A stretch of DNA of 63,216 nucleotides, the filler included, from Octopus bimaculoides (lineage: Eukaryota): assembly GCF_001194135.2 (NCBI RefSeq). It is 7 parts of 7 records of this genome, joined end to end, with 100 filler letters (N's around TTAATTAATTAA, not from the genome) between each part and the next. Parts side by side here need not be neighbours in the genome. Positions count along the whole stretch, not along the records: positions 50,645 to 61,651 come from NC_068981.1; positions 61,752 to 63,216 come from NW_026360278.1; 5 more parts are not named here. One strand, written 5' to 3'. Position numbers and translations under genes: made by a program. Position 1 is the first letter of the stretch. Every line of letters starts with the position of its first letter. Under the pieces are notes generated by a model. It saw only the letters and a list, made by a program, of their open reading frames with translations, made no database searches and had not been told where the DNA came from. Positions 51,402 to 63,216 of this stretch are shown here, piece after piece.

Positions 51402-53576
51402 ATTTATGGGATTAAATATTGACTATTTTTTATAATGATTCACGCTTATATATGTAAAAATATTTTGGTTAGGCATGATGGGATATCATTATATTATATT
51501 AAAGAAAGCAGGAAACGAAAGACAGGCTGTTAAATTTGGGTGCCTTTTATACCCAATAAGTCAACGCTTTACATACACGTGCATCATGCTCTACATAAAA
51601 ATGCGATCCCGAGCGTTACCATGTTCCCGAAACTGAGCGAGTGCGAAACCTACATGCAATCCTTGTGTTTTGAAAAGAGAGCGGTGTTGTGGGTCAGTGA
51701 CATCTTCGTGATGTCAAATAACTCAGAAATGTAATAAAATCCATATAATCTCAATATCGTGTGTGAAACAAATAATCTTTTACATTTCGGCGTTTCTTTT
51801 GTAGTTCAGTATATAATTAGAGGAAAAGAAGAACTCAAATTTACCTTCCTACACAAAGTACTCATCATAATTTGTATTATATGCAAAATGTATTTAGAAA
51901 CTATAAAGAGTCTTACCTGGTTGCTTGGACTGCAAGAAATAGTGCCAAACTCTTCCTCAGATTCACGCGCTACCTTACTCCACTTAAATTGGTTAATGTG
52001 GGCTTCGGTTCTGTGTTCATAGGAATATCTATGATTGTAGGTGTTATCAATCGTGGCTGACCTCGGGTTTCAACAACTGCGTCGACAACAAAGAATATTT
52101 TACAAGCATTCCGACGTATTCAAATTCATTCGTCACTGATTTCTTCAAATATTTGATGACAATTGGCATTCCTGAATAAATGATCCGGAAATAATTACAA
52201 CTTGAACAAATGAACAATAATATCGACTAGAGTTATAACAGTTAATAATTGGACATTATTAGATGGAAGCTTGATGTATCTCATTAAAATATATGATGTT
52301 AGAGCGGATGAGGTCGGTATTGATGTAATAGCTACAATGTCATACTCATAACCTCTGATCAGAAATTGGCTCTGTGATTAAGAATTTGTCTTCCCAACAA
52401 TGCGATTCCGGTCACGATCCTTCCCTCCGCACACAGCATTAGATAAGAGACGTCTAACTTTGTCTCGCGGACAGACTCGTTGTGTGTGTGTGTGTGTGTA
52501 TGTGTGGGGATTGTATGCTTGCCTTCAGTACGAAAAAGTACTGTCGCAAATCGCGTCACTTCTTTTGTGCCTAAAGGAGCTGATCAGAGAAATGACACTT
52601 AAACTACCCCAGGTTCTAGGAGTATTGTTCTTCTTCTACACTACAGGTGATAAACTTCCCGAAATGCGTTTTGAGTTGTCTCTTAAGGCTGTCTTAATTA
52701 ATGTTTGTATTAGTGGGTAATGGAGTGGACAGATTTGCTGATGACAGTAACATTAATCGAAAGATTGATATTTGTAAAAAGTTCTTTTTCTGGAAATCAC
52801 ATGGCATTTTCATTGTTGTTTCTGGTTTAGGGAGGAGCTCTGTGAATTTGTGCTAGTAATTATCAGCCTCAGAGCTTTTGGAGGTGCACATGGGAATGTT
52901 AGTGAACAGTTTGTTATTTTACTTCGGTATTCGTGGAATTTTAAGATTATTATAATTTTGCCCAGCTTCCATATTCTGGAAGATCAAGTATTTTGGTAGG
53001 GAGTCATTGTACATAATGCTGGTTGCAGTCGTTCCCTGAGGCCCTATTTATTTCATATATATGTTTATGAGTTTTGTATGGCACAGAGACTTCTAAAATG
53101 TTAGTACTATTTAACTACTGAATGGAATAAATGAGTTTAAATCTTGTTCAATGTAGAAATAAATGGATTAAAATCCTTTTTAAATGTAAACGTGCTATTT
53201 TTTTTATTAGTGTTCCCAGTTACCTTGTGTGGCTTTGGGTATCTAATTTTCTATTTATATCATCTAAAACGGTGATTTGTTGTTGCAGCCTGAATATATT
53301 ATTTGAGCTTGCTACGTCTACATGTAATGTAGTTTGACTGTTATTATTGATAATGATAAAAATATTAGATAGATGATATAGTGTTTAATATTAGTTTTTT
53401 TTTATATTGATACATATGTTTGATGATTATCAGTTATTCTATGATTTATAATTGTTATTGAATTGTTTAGTTGTCTGATGCGGCTTTTATTTCAATTATA
53501 TTTAGTTTTGGTGGATTTATGCTTAAGGATGTCTCTGGTTCTTACGAGACTGGTAATTTCTGGTGCATAATTGGCA

Positions 53577-53617
<41 letters not shown>

Positions 53618-54235
53618 NNNNNNNNNNNNNNNNNNNNNNNNNNNNNNNNNNNNNNNNNNNNNNNNNNNNNNNNNNNNNNNNNNNNNNNNNNNNNNNNNNN
53701 NNNNNNNNNNNNNNNNNNNNNNNNNNNNNNNNNNNNNNNNNNNNNNNNNNNNNNNNNNNNNNNNNNNNNNNNNNNNNNNNNNNNNNNNNNNNNNNNNNNN
53801 NNNNNNNNNNNNNNNNNNNNNNNNNNNNNNNNNNNNNNNNNNNNNNNNNNNNNNNNNNNNNNNNNNNNNNNNNNNNNNNNNNNNNNNNNNNNNNNNNNNN
53901 NNNNNNNNNNNNNNNNNNNNNNNNNNNNNNNNNNNNNNNNNNNNNNNNNNNNNNNNNNNNNNNNNNNNNNNNNNNNNNNNNNNNNNNNNNNNNNNNNNNN
54001 NNNNNNNNNNNNNNNNNNNNNNNNNNNNNNNNNNNNNNNNNNNNNNNNNNNNNNNNNNNNNNNNNNNNNNNNNNNNNNNNNNNNNNNNNNNNNNNNNNNN
54101 NNNNNNNNNNNNNNNNNNNNNNNNNNNNNNNNNNNNNNNNNNNNNNNNNNNNNNNNNNNNNNNNNNNNNNNNNNNNNNNNNNNNNNNNNNNNNNNNNNNN
54201 NNNNNNNNNNNNNNNNNNNNNNNNNNNNNNNNNNN

Positions 54236-54268
<33 letters not shown>

Positions 54269-55029
54269 TACTGGTAGGATATACTTTTATAATTATTTCG
54301 ATTATTGAATGTATATACCGCTTTGTGTATTTGTGCTAGTGGTTTTGGTATTGCTAAATAACGAAAGACACATTTCTTATTCTTAGTACAATTGGTTCCA
54401 TTTTGCATTATTTTTACAAAAGTGCTTTTCGCATCCACATTGATTTTCGGTTATGTTGTACTAACAAATTGTAGGTGGTCCGAGAAAAGTTGAAGTTGTT
54501 TGCCAAATGCTCATGGCAGTTACATGTGGAGAACAGAAAGTTATGGCTGCAGAAACGTTGCTGTAATTGGTTTGATGTATGTAAATTGGTTATATACGAC
54601 AAAACTTTGTACAGTATCCACCTAATTTCATTCACAAAACACTAGTTAACCAAAGGCTATTTAAAAGACACCCGTTCAAAGAACAGCGCACGAGAACTGA
54701 AGGTGATATCGAATAATTGTGAAGAAAACTTATTAACAACGGCAACATGCATAAGACTACGTTACGTCCGTTTGTGTGTGTGTGTGTGTTTATATATACT
54801 TCCGCAAAGGAACATACATAAATGTAAGCATATGTTGATAATCTGGACTATGTAAACAGAAATTACTTATGGTATATGTATAAGCCCACGCCATTTATAG
54901 TGCTTATTAGAAAGCTTTGTGACTAATAACTAGTAATACTAAATCATATGAACCGTCACCAAATCGCATAAAACATTACTCACATTAAAATATAGTGCTA
55001 AGTACTGTATTCAACATCCTAACGACTCT

Positions 55030-55650
55030 ACCGGCATAATACCACATATGTTTGTAAGTTGAAGGAGGACGTCGATGTATACAAATCGGTGGTTTTGACA
55101 TCACTGCTGAATCATGGACCCTGAAAGCACATCATCCAGCCTCACGCTTCTCATGTGCTAAGCTTGCGGACTATCTCCGACATTAAACCGAGTGACCATA
55201 TTCGCAACATTAAAAAGGTAACAAGATATGGTTTATCAGCTATTGAATCTATTCTCATAAAAATACCGATTAAATGGTCAGGTCATCTCTCACGTATGAG
55301 TGATATCAGAGTTCCGAAGCAACTTCCTTTGGCTAGTTCCTAATAACATGATCATTTGGAAATCCACTCTTGCGCTTCAAAGACAAACTAAAACACAATC
55401 AGAAAAGCTGCAACATTCCCTTTTTGTTCTCGAGAAAACAAAGCATTACAAATAATGACCTGGAGCCAGTTCTGCTTCCCCTCTGTTCGAACATATGAAC
55501 AAATTCGACTCCAGCATCGGGACCAACTTTGCGCAAGCATGAAGGTACAATGGCAAAACGCAGCTTCTCTAAATGAAAACCTTACCTGTTATTGTGGTTT
55601 TGTAGCACGGAGCAAGACAGGATTTGCCGCCCACTCAAGAAAACAAGTGG
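55030..55650 (+). pseudogene. RTE-clade LINE ORF C-terminal relic
   Basis: DVYKSVVLTSLL/ESWTL...HVLSLRTISDIKPSDHIRN...IKWSGHLSRMSDIRVPKQL...LRFKDKLKHN...LTCYCGFVARSKTGFAAHSRK. Confidence 0.85.
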
Positions 55651-55822
55651 TAGACGATCCACTAGCACTTGAGCAAACTGAGTACTCAACTTGCTCCATT
55701 TGCAACAGTAGGTCTCAAGTGACACATGATTATCACAGAATATGATTACCACTTTATTTTACTGAACACTCATTTGGCGACGAGAGAATCCATCATTTAT
55801 ACATACATACATACATACATAC

Positions 55823-55900
<78 letters not shown>

Positions 55901-55907
55901 ATGTATG

Positions 55908-56022
55908 CATATAGAATAAGTACTAGGCTTACTAAGAACACGTCTTAGGGTCGATTTATTCGATTAAACCCCTTTGAGGCGGTCCATCAGTATCGCCGCA
56001 GTCAGATGACTGATACATGTAA

Positions 56023-56030
<8 letters not shown>
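55908..56030 (+). mobile_element. SINE family A 3' fragment
   Basis: ATAGAATAAGTACTAGGCTTAC...GGGTCGATTTATTCGA...GCCGCAGTCAGATGACTGA. Confidence 0.78.
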
Positions 56031-56069
<39 letters not shown>

Positions 56070-56441
56070 GATAACAATATATCAAATATTTCATAATATA
56101 TATTCTCATATATATATATATATATTCATGTAAACTATTTTTTCTTATTATTATTATAAAAAAATTCTACTACCTAATCTCAATGTTTTATGTAAACTAT
56201 TTTAAACTCATCACAGGAAATACACAAAGCCACAAAACGTTTCTTATCATTAAAGACTCTATCACTTGANNNNNNNNNNNNNNNNNNNNNNNNNNNNNNN
56301 NNNNNNNNNNNNNNNNNNNNNNNNNNNNNNNNNNNNNNNNNNNNNNNNNNNNNNNNNNNNNNNNNNNNNNNNNNNNNNNNNNNNNNNNNNNNNNNNNNNC
56401 CTTACATTTTTACTAGTGCGGTGAATCCCAGCTTTACTTTG

Positions 56442-56481
<40 letters not shown>

Positions 56482-56593
56482 ATAATTAAGGGATCAGCAA
56501 GCATTTGCTTCACCATATACCGAAGTTCAGAAATAGCAGCTAAAAAAGCTGAGACTTCATATATATATATGTATGTGCGTGTGTGTGATTATA

Positions 56594-56979
56594 TTGTTGT
56601 TGGCACTCCATCGCTTACGACGTCGAGGGTTCCAGTTGATCCGATCAACAGAACAGCCTGCTTGTGAAATTAACGTGCAAGTAGCTGAGCACTCCATATA
56701 CACGCGTACCCTTAACGTAGTTCTCGGGGATATTCAGCGTGACACAGTGTGCCAAGGCTGACCCTTTGAATTACAAGCACAACAGAAATTGGAAGTAAGA
56801 GTGAGAGAAAGTTGTGGTGGAAGAGTACAGCAGGGTTCGCCACCATCCACTGCCGGAGCCTCGTGGAGCTTTAGGTGTTTTCGCTCAATAAACACTCACA
56901 ACACCCGGTCTGGGAATCGAAACCGCGATCCTATGACCACGAGTCCGCTGCCCTAACCACTGGGCCATTGCGCCTCCAC
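56594..56979 (-). mobile_element. SINE family C, full length
   Basis: Complete tRNA-like head at 56979-56905 and (TTG)n tail; abuts and truncates a family F copy. Confidence 0.94.
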
Positions 56980-56980
56980 A

Positions 56981-57622
56981 ATGCTAATAATATAGCACGA
57001 TAAACTATCCATATTTTGAAGAAAAATCTGACAATGCCATCCATGAGACTCGAACTCACGTCCCTGGGATTACGCGTCGAGTGCTTTACCATTAAGCTAA
57101 ATTGACCCAACGACAAACTTTTCAACAAATTTAGGATATATAAATTTATCGCTTTATAAGACGCTATCGTACGTTACATTCAGCTTACGTTGAAGGTCAA
57201 CAAAGTTTGCTTTAGAAGCGTTGAGATCTGAGTTCGAGTCTCATGGCTGGCAGCTGACAGATTTTTGTGCAAAATATGAATAATTAATCCAGTTCATGCT
57301 ATATTATTAGCATTATGTTGCGTTTGTGAATAAAATTATTTCCTTATCTATATGTTTCAATAAATCTCAACGCTTCTAAAGCAAACTTTGTTTGTTGACC
57401 TTCAACTTAAGTTGAATTAAACGTGCAACAGCGTCTTATAAAGCGAGGTTTATATATAATAAATTTACAGAAGAATTTGTCGTAATCACAGGGATGTGAG
57501 TTCGAGTCTGATAGCTGGCCACCGACAGACGTTTTCGCAAAATATGGATAATTTATCCTGCTCGTGCTGTATTATTAGCATTATCTTGCGTTTGAGAATA
57601 AACATATTTCCTTATCTGTATC
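56981..57622. mobile_element. Fold-back cluster of tRNA-Thr-like SINE family F
   Basis: Minus-strand head GGGTCAATTTAGCTTAATGGTAAAGCACTCGACGCGTAATCCCAGGGACGTGAGTTCGAGTCTCAT (from 57108), minus-strand tail at 57135-57225, plus-strand copies at 57226-57460 and 57485-57622. Confidence 0.75.
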
Positions 57623-57926
57623 ATATGTACGTATGTTTGTATGTATATATATNNNNNNNNNNNNNNNNNNNNNNNNNNNNNNNNNNNNNNNNNNNNNNNN
57701 NNNNNNNNNNNNNNNNNNNNNNNNNNNNNNNNNNNNNNNNNNNNNNNNNNNNNNNNNNNNNNNNNNNNNNNNNNNNNNNNNNNNNNNNNNNNNNNNNNNN
57801 NNNNNNNNNNNNNNNNNNNNNNNNNNNNNNNNNNNNNNNNNNNNNNNNNNNNNNNNNNNNNNNNNNNNNNNNNNNNNNNNNNNNNNNNNNNNNNNNNNNN
57901 NNNNNNNNNNNNNNNNNNNNNNNNNN

Positions 57927-58001
<75 letters not shown>

Positions 58002-59515
58002 TGTGTGTATGTTTGTATATATACACAGATACATATGATGGTGAGGCATATGCTTATTGGCGTGAAAGCCAAATAAAGCTGTATCTTCGAACAAAACCAT
58101 TATTATATACAATGTGTTAGGGGTAGAACTTACTCACTTAATCAAAAACCCGCAGGTGTATTGTAATATTTTTTTACCACTAATACTATTGCTGACCAAT
58201 AGCGCACAACCATATAATTGTAATATCTATAACAGTAGAATTATGATTGTAGATATCCATCCTGCACAAACAAAACTTTTAATAATATAATTTTAGCCCT
58301 TTACATTCAGGAACTGCCTACTTTTTCACACATTATTGTTTATCTTCGGGGCCATAAAGTTTGTCGGGATCATAAGTGGGCCATCGTGACATACAACATA
58401 ACTTGGGCATTCTAAATATAGCGTAGTCCATATCGCCATAAGTCTGAACGCAACGGATTTCTCCCAGAGACAGTGGCGAAATCATATCGACTTCAGTAAT
58501 TCATTGATACGACGTTACCAACCCCGAAATGATGAAATGGAAAATTTACTACGATTGGATTCAAATTCAAAAGCAGATGGTCGGTACAAATACTACACCT
58601 TTTGTTTTATCTGGTATTCTAACAGCTTCGCTAATTCTCCTTAAAACTTTGTCATATTTGCATATAAATTTAATATAGGGTTTTTATAATATATATATTG
58701 CACTTACTCTAGAGACATAATTATTTTCTTTTAATTTCATAAATATCAGAATTCACATCTTTTTTAATAAAGCGGTGTTTCTTTGTATTATAGTCTCAGG
58801 CATATTAATAAATGACTGAAGTCAGACAATATATTTAAATGTCAAGAGGATATTTATTAATATGAGCGAAATGCGACCTTTAAATCAATTTAGAATATCT
58901 TTCATTGACAACATCAATAGTTGATCCAACAGTAAAACGTCTCTGTCATCGCCTGGCAAACGGCCAGTTGACACAAATGGTAGTACAACTTGTAATTGCT
59001 TTATAATTACAGGGTTATACACTATTGGTTTAGAGCTATAAAATTTAAACTTTCATTGTATCTTTGAGATGTTAAGAATGACCCCTGATTATATGTAGAG
59101 AACTTTAAAGAGTAAAATAAGCTCCAAACCAATTGAGTCTGTGACCTGACTCTTATTCTCTATTGTTATTTCAGTCCACAAACATGAAAGGTATATTATT
59201 CTATTACCATATATATATATATATATATANNNNNNNNNNNNNNNNNNNNNNNNNNNNNNNNNNNNNNNNNNNNNNNNNNNNNNNNNNNNNNNNNNNNNNN
59301 NNNNNNNNNNNNNNNNNNNNNNNNNNNNNNNNNNNNNNNNNNNNNNNNNNNNNNNNNNNNNNNNNNNNNNNNNNNNNNNNNNNNNNNNNNNNNNNNNNNN
59401 NNNNNNNNNNNNNNNNNNNNNNNNNNNNNNNNNNNNNNNNNNNNNNNNNNNNNNNNNNNNNNNNNNNNNNNNNNNNNNNNNNNNNNNNNNNNNNNNNNNN
59501 NNNNNNNNNNNNNNN

Positions 59516-59564
<49 letters not shown>

Positions 59565-59710
59565 ATACATGTGTGGGTTTAATTGAAATAAATACCGAAC
59601 ATAATTCACTTTATTTTTAGTCTACAATTAATAAATTTCTAAATAAACACGCAATAAAATTATTGTTCCTATCTATATAGTCGATTACCTGATATTAATT
59701 TAGGTCGAGG

Positions 59711-59875
59711 TATAGGTAACTGAACATTTGACGTATCATGTTGCCGAGTTACGGGTTGGTACACGGCGATGGTATCAGCCTATCTAACAGCAAATACCAT
59801 ATTGTTGGTAGTAGCTAGAGTGATATATGTTAAATTGCGTAACAATTTTATGTCAAATGTTCTGCAGTGCCTATA
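59711..59875. mobile_element. Possible small MITE (imperfect inverted ends, about 25 bp)
   Basis: TATAGGTAACTGAACATTTGACGTA and TATGTCAAATGTTCTGCAGTGCCTATA; inner 14 bp match 13/14. Confidence 0.4.
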
Positions 59876-61107
59876 GAGGATAGAATACTATCGCTACTTA
59901 TATACTATAATATTTGTTAAGGCTAGTAAATACTGTAAATCAATTTGTAAAGTCTTAGCGATCGTAATGCAACTTAAATCGTTTGTTCAATTAACTTCAT
60001 TCATATTCATGTTAAGACCACAATTATGACACCATGATATAAGATTTTGTCTATTTTCGTTAGATGTATTCACTTTATATCATATTCATTAAAGACTGTT
60101 TCAATAAATGTGTTTGAAGGTAATTTTAGGACAAAGTATAATGATATTGTTTTCTTTTCTCGGCTTAATCCAAAGGATTTGAATTTTGTACATACCTGTA
60201 CCTTCTGAAAATAATGAGATCGATGAAGTTAACGGTGTTTTGAAGAGTTGCCAGGTGAAGGCTGCAGGAAATACATGAACAGAGGAGGAATTCCAAAAGG
60301 CCAACGATTTGAGGAGGAAGGTATGGAGAGTATTGCAATATTATACAATAGTACAACAATACTATTTGTGAGCAGGGAATACAGTGGGCTGTATCGTAAA
60401 TTCGTTAAGTTGATATATTACAGAAGGATGGAAATGCAGAGGGTTACTTTTAACTACTGAATTGAGACGTAACGAAATGAGATTTTGTATGCATTTTGTG
60501 CAATATTCTATTGTTTAGTAATCTTAAACATTTTAGATGAAGCTCTGATAAAAGAGGTTATTACTGAAAGGATTTAGCTTCGTAATTTCATTATATAAAG
60601 CGAGAGAATTTTGTAGAAGTGTCTACAATACAAAAGGAAAAATAGAAACAAATATTGCAGAACAGCAAGTGCCAAATATTTCCTGATAAGATGCTACCAC
60701 ACCAAAGTTCAACAAATTCTAATGAAAACAAGTCATGGAAAATTATCAGTTGTATTTATTCAATAGAAATAGGGGCCAAAATATTATCGATAATTAACGA
60801 TAAAATCTATAGGTGAAATATTAGATTGAATGAATGAAGGAATTTTGTCACATTGGAATTTACAAAACAAAAGGAACATAAACACGGAAAGAAGTTTATG
60901 TAACTATTAAAAAAAAGTTTGTTCACCAAAAGTATAAAGAGCGCTGTAGGATATACTATCTTCTTGTTATTACTATTTTGCTTTTGTTGTTGTTGATGTT
61001 GTGATGGTGGTGGTGGTGGTGACTATGGTAGTGGTTGTTGTTGCTGTTGCAGTTTCAGCTGCTGCTGCTGCAGCTGTTGCCGTTATTGTTACTATTCTAA
61101 CAGGGAT

Positions 61108-61318
61108 TAAGGCAGCGAGCAAGAAGAATTGTTAGCATGCCGGGTAAAATGCTTAGCGGCATTCTATCTGCCTTTATATTCTGAGTTCAAATTGTGCCGA
61201 GGTCGACATTACCTTTCAATTATCAGTAGTGCATGAAATAAGTATCAGTTTAGCAAGGCGTCGCTGTAATCAGCTTGCACCCTCCCACACAATTACAAGC
61301 CCCGAGTCTATCGTAAAA
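61108..61318 (+). mobile_element. SINE family B
   Basis: TAAGGCAGCGAGCAAGAAGAATTGTTAGCATGCCGGG...TTCTGAGTTCAAATTGTGCCGAGGTCGAC. Confidence 0.85.
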
Positions 61319-61342
61319 CAGATTATTATTATTATTATTATT

Positions 61343-61651
61343 CAGTAGTTTTATTTTTATAACGTGCTTTCACTTCACTACCGAGCGCAGCTCTGTGCGC
61401 CTTGGGTATGTGCTGTGGTTTGCTGTGGTGCTCTTATGTTTACTGTATTGAAAGTGTTTTGCGCAGAATGTGTGCAGTACCCAGTAGTGCAAATTTCTGT
61501 ATGTTATATATATTTGTAAGTCCTGGTGTTTTTGTTATGTATTTGTCTGAATATTTTTTTATTATACCTAAGGCACCTACTATGATAGGAATTGTTTCTG
61601 TTTTTAGATTCCACATTCGAGTTATCTCTATTTCCAGGTCTTTGTATTTTG
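61343..61651 (-). mobile_element. Dong/R4-clade 3' end with (TAA)n tail, cut by a gap
   Basis: 3 substitutions in about 308 bp versus 28320-28628; (TTA)n at 61323-61342. Confidence 0.93.
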
Positions 61652-61802
61652 NNNNNNNNNNNNNNNNNNNNNNNNNNNNNNNNNNNNNNNNNNNNTTAAT
61701 TAATTAANNNNNNNNNNNNNNNNNNNNNNNNNNNNNNNNNNNNNNNNNNNNTACGGAAAACACTCAGCAAGAAATGGAAGAAAATTTGAAGACAAGAAAA
61801 AA

Positions 61803-61978
<176 letters not shown>

Positions 61979-62028
61979 GCATCGAAAAATACCTTAGGAA
62001 TGAGAACTTAGGTTCAAAATTACCCCAA

Positions 62029-62074
62029 AACACCTGATTAAGGCTGGAGGGTATATCAGCCGAAACGTTGTGTT
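62029..62074 (+). ncRNA. Minimal type I hammerhead motif (PLE type), stems perfect, G8-to-U core lesion
   Basis: AACAC-CTGATTA-A-GGCTG(GAGGGTATAT)CAGCC-GAAAC-GTT-GTGTT. Confidence 0.65.
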
Positions 62075-62167
62075 AACGACAAACAAGACGAGGATAAATA
62101 TCCGTCAATTGTAAATAATGTACATAATTCCTCATCTCTTAAATATAGAATTGTTAAAGAGTGCAGC

Positions 62168-63216
62168 ACTGATATCGGGATGGATTTGGGCCTTGTTAAA
62201 TGTGCTAAAGTAACTTTTGTAAGAGGCAAGCTCAAACAAACAGCTCCCATTAAATTAAATACTGACACTATCATCAAGGAGCTAGACCCAAAAGAAAGCA
62301 ATAACTGCTAGGGGATAAACGAAGGAGCTGGTATATAACATGCTATTATGGAGGAAAACATATGAACGGAGTATTACAGGCGAGTAAGTCTCATAATAGA
62401 AACTGAACTGAACTCCAAAAATAGTATCGAAGCCATTAACATCCTAGCACTTCCAGTAATCCTATACAGTTTTAACATCATTAACTGGAATCTTACAGAA
62501 CTCCAACGTCTGGACAGGAAGACAGGAAAACTACTAACATCTAAAAACACGCACCACTCAAAAGCTGACGTTGATCGTCTGTACCTAGCTAGAAGTAATG
62601 GGGGAAGAGGAACGATGTAGGTAGAACTGTGCTATAAGACCTCCACAATAGCAATGAACAGGCACTTATCTAGTACAGAGGTCTGGATGCTGAGGTTTGT
62701 GTGCAAACAGGAAAACAGAATAACATTACGTTCCATTCTCAGGAAGCTTGAAAATTCGCAAGGGAACTCGACATTAACCCTGAATTAGATGAAGACCTGA
62801 AACTTTCACCAAACAGGCAAAACGGATTTAAAAGACTGAAAAATGAACGGGCAGGAACAAATTGCGGAGCGCCGGAACCAGACGCCCCTACATGGACAGT
62901 ATATACTTGGGAGCCGGAATGCTGATGCAGACCAAGCAACAACCCATCAGTGGCTGCGAAGCTCAGGAGTGAAAGCAGAGACTGAAGGTTTCATATTGGT
63001 GGCACAAGATCAAAGCTTCCTTGCCGAAAACTACCAGGCTAACGTTCTTCAAAATGGTTCTGACCCTAAATGCAAATTCTGCGATAAACTTGAAACAATT
63101 GACCATTTAGAGATGTCCTATGCTGACACCAAAAAGAAAACAAAATAGGGTAGGACAGAAATTACATTGGAAAATATGTAAACGCTACAAAACACTACAA
63201 AATATGTAAACACTAC
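62168..63216 (+). pseudogene. Dong/R4-clade RT thumb to CCHC region, decayed
   Basis: DIGMDLGLVKCAKVTFVRGKL...EYYRRVSLIIETELNSKNSIEAINILALPVILYSFNIINWN...HHSKADVDRLYLARSNGGRG...HQWLRSSGVKAETEGFILVAQDQS...DPKCKFCDKLETIDHL. Confidence 0.92.

Noticed and set aside
52650-53300. Possible additional PLE RT relic on the minus strand
   Set aside because: Only faint motif hints across many frameshifts; not supportable without a search.
56905-57108. tRNA-like sequences as genuine tRNA genes
   Set aside because: Acceptor and anticodon stems do not pair and each continues into a multi-copy SINE body.

Overview
AT-rich animal genomic DNA, repeat-dominated, from a draft assembly with about 25 N-gaps (roughly 7.5 kb by hand count). 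The dense microsatellites and tRNA-derived SINE families suggest an octopus genome; this is inference, not a database match. I can support no intact protein-coding gene, tRNA, rRNA or CRISPR array, and almost all long ORFs in the track are microsatellite, gap or SINE artefacts. Supported content: (1) four multi-copy tRNA-derived SINE families (my labels A, B, C, F); (2) three groups of restriction-like-endonuclease (RLE) non-LTR retrotransposon relics, namely a young Dong/R4-type family in (TAA)n, a second R4-like family (label X) repeatedly bordered by (CATA)n, and a HERO-like 3' end; (3) several decayed Penelope-like elements (PLEs) plus dispersed minimal hammerhead-ribozyme motifs of the PLE type; (4) an RTE 3' fragment; (5) truncated mariner and hAT (Buster/Charlie-type) transposases and several MITEs. 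Best leads: the hammerhead motifs, a 1.5-kb fold-back unit between two truncated transposases, possible (CATA)n targeting by family X, and a candidate minus-strand start exon plus 10-nt micro-exon near 47.5 kb. All alignments and translations were done by eye, and most element boundaries are approximate.
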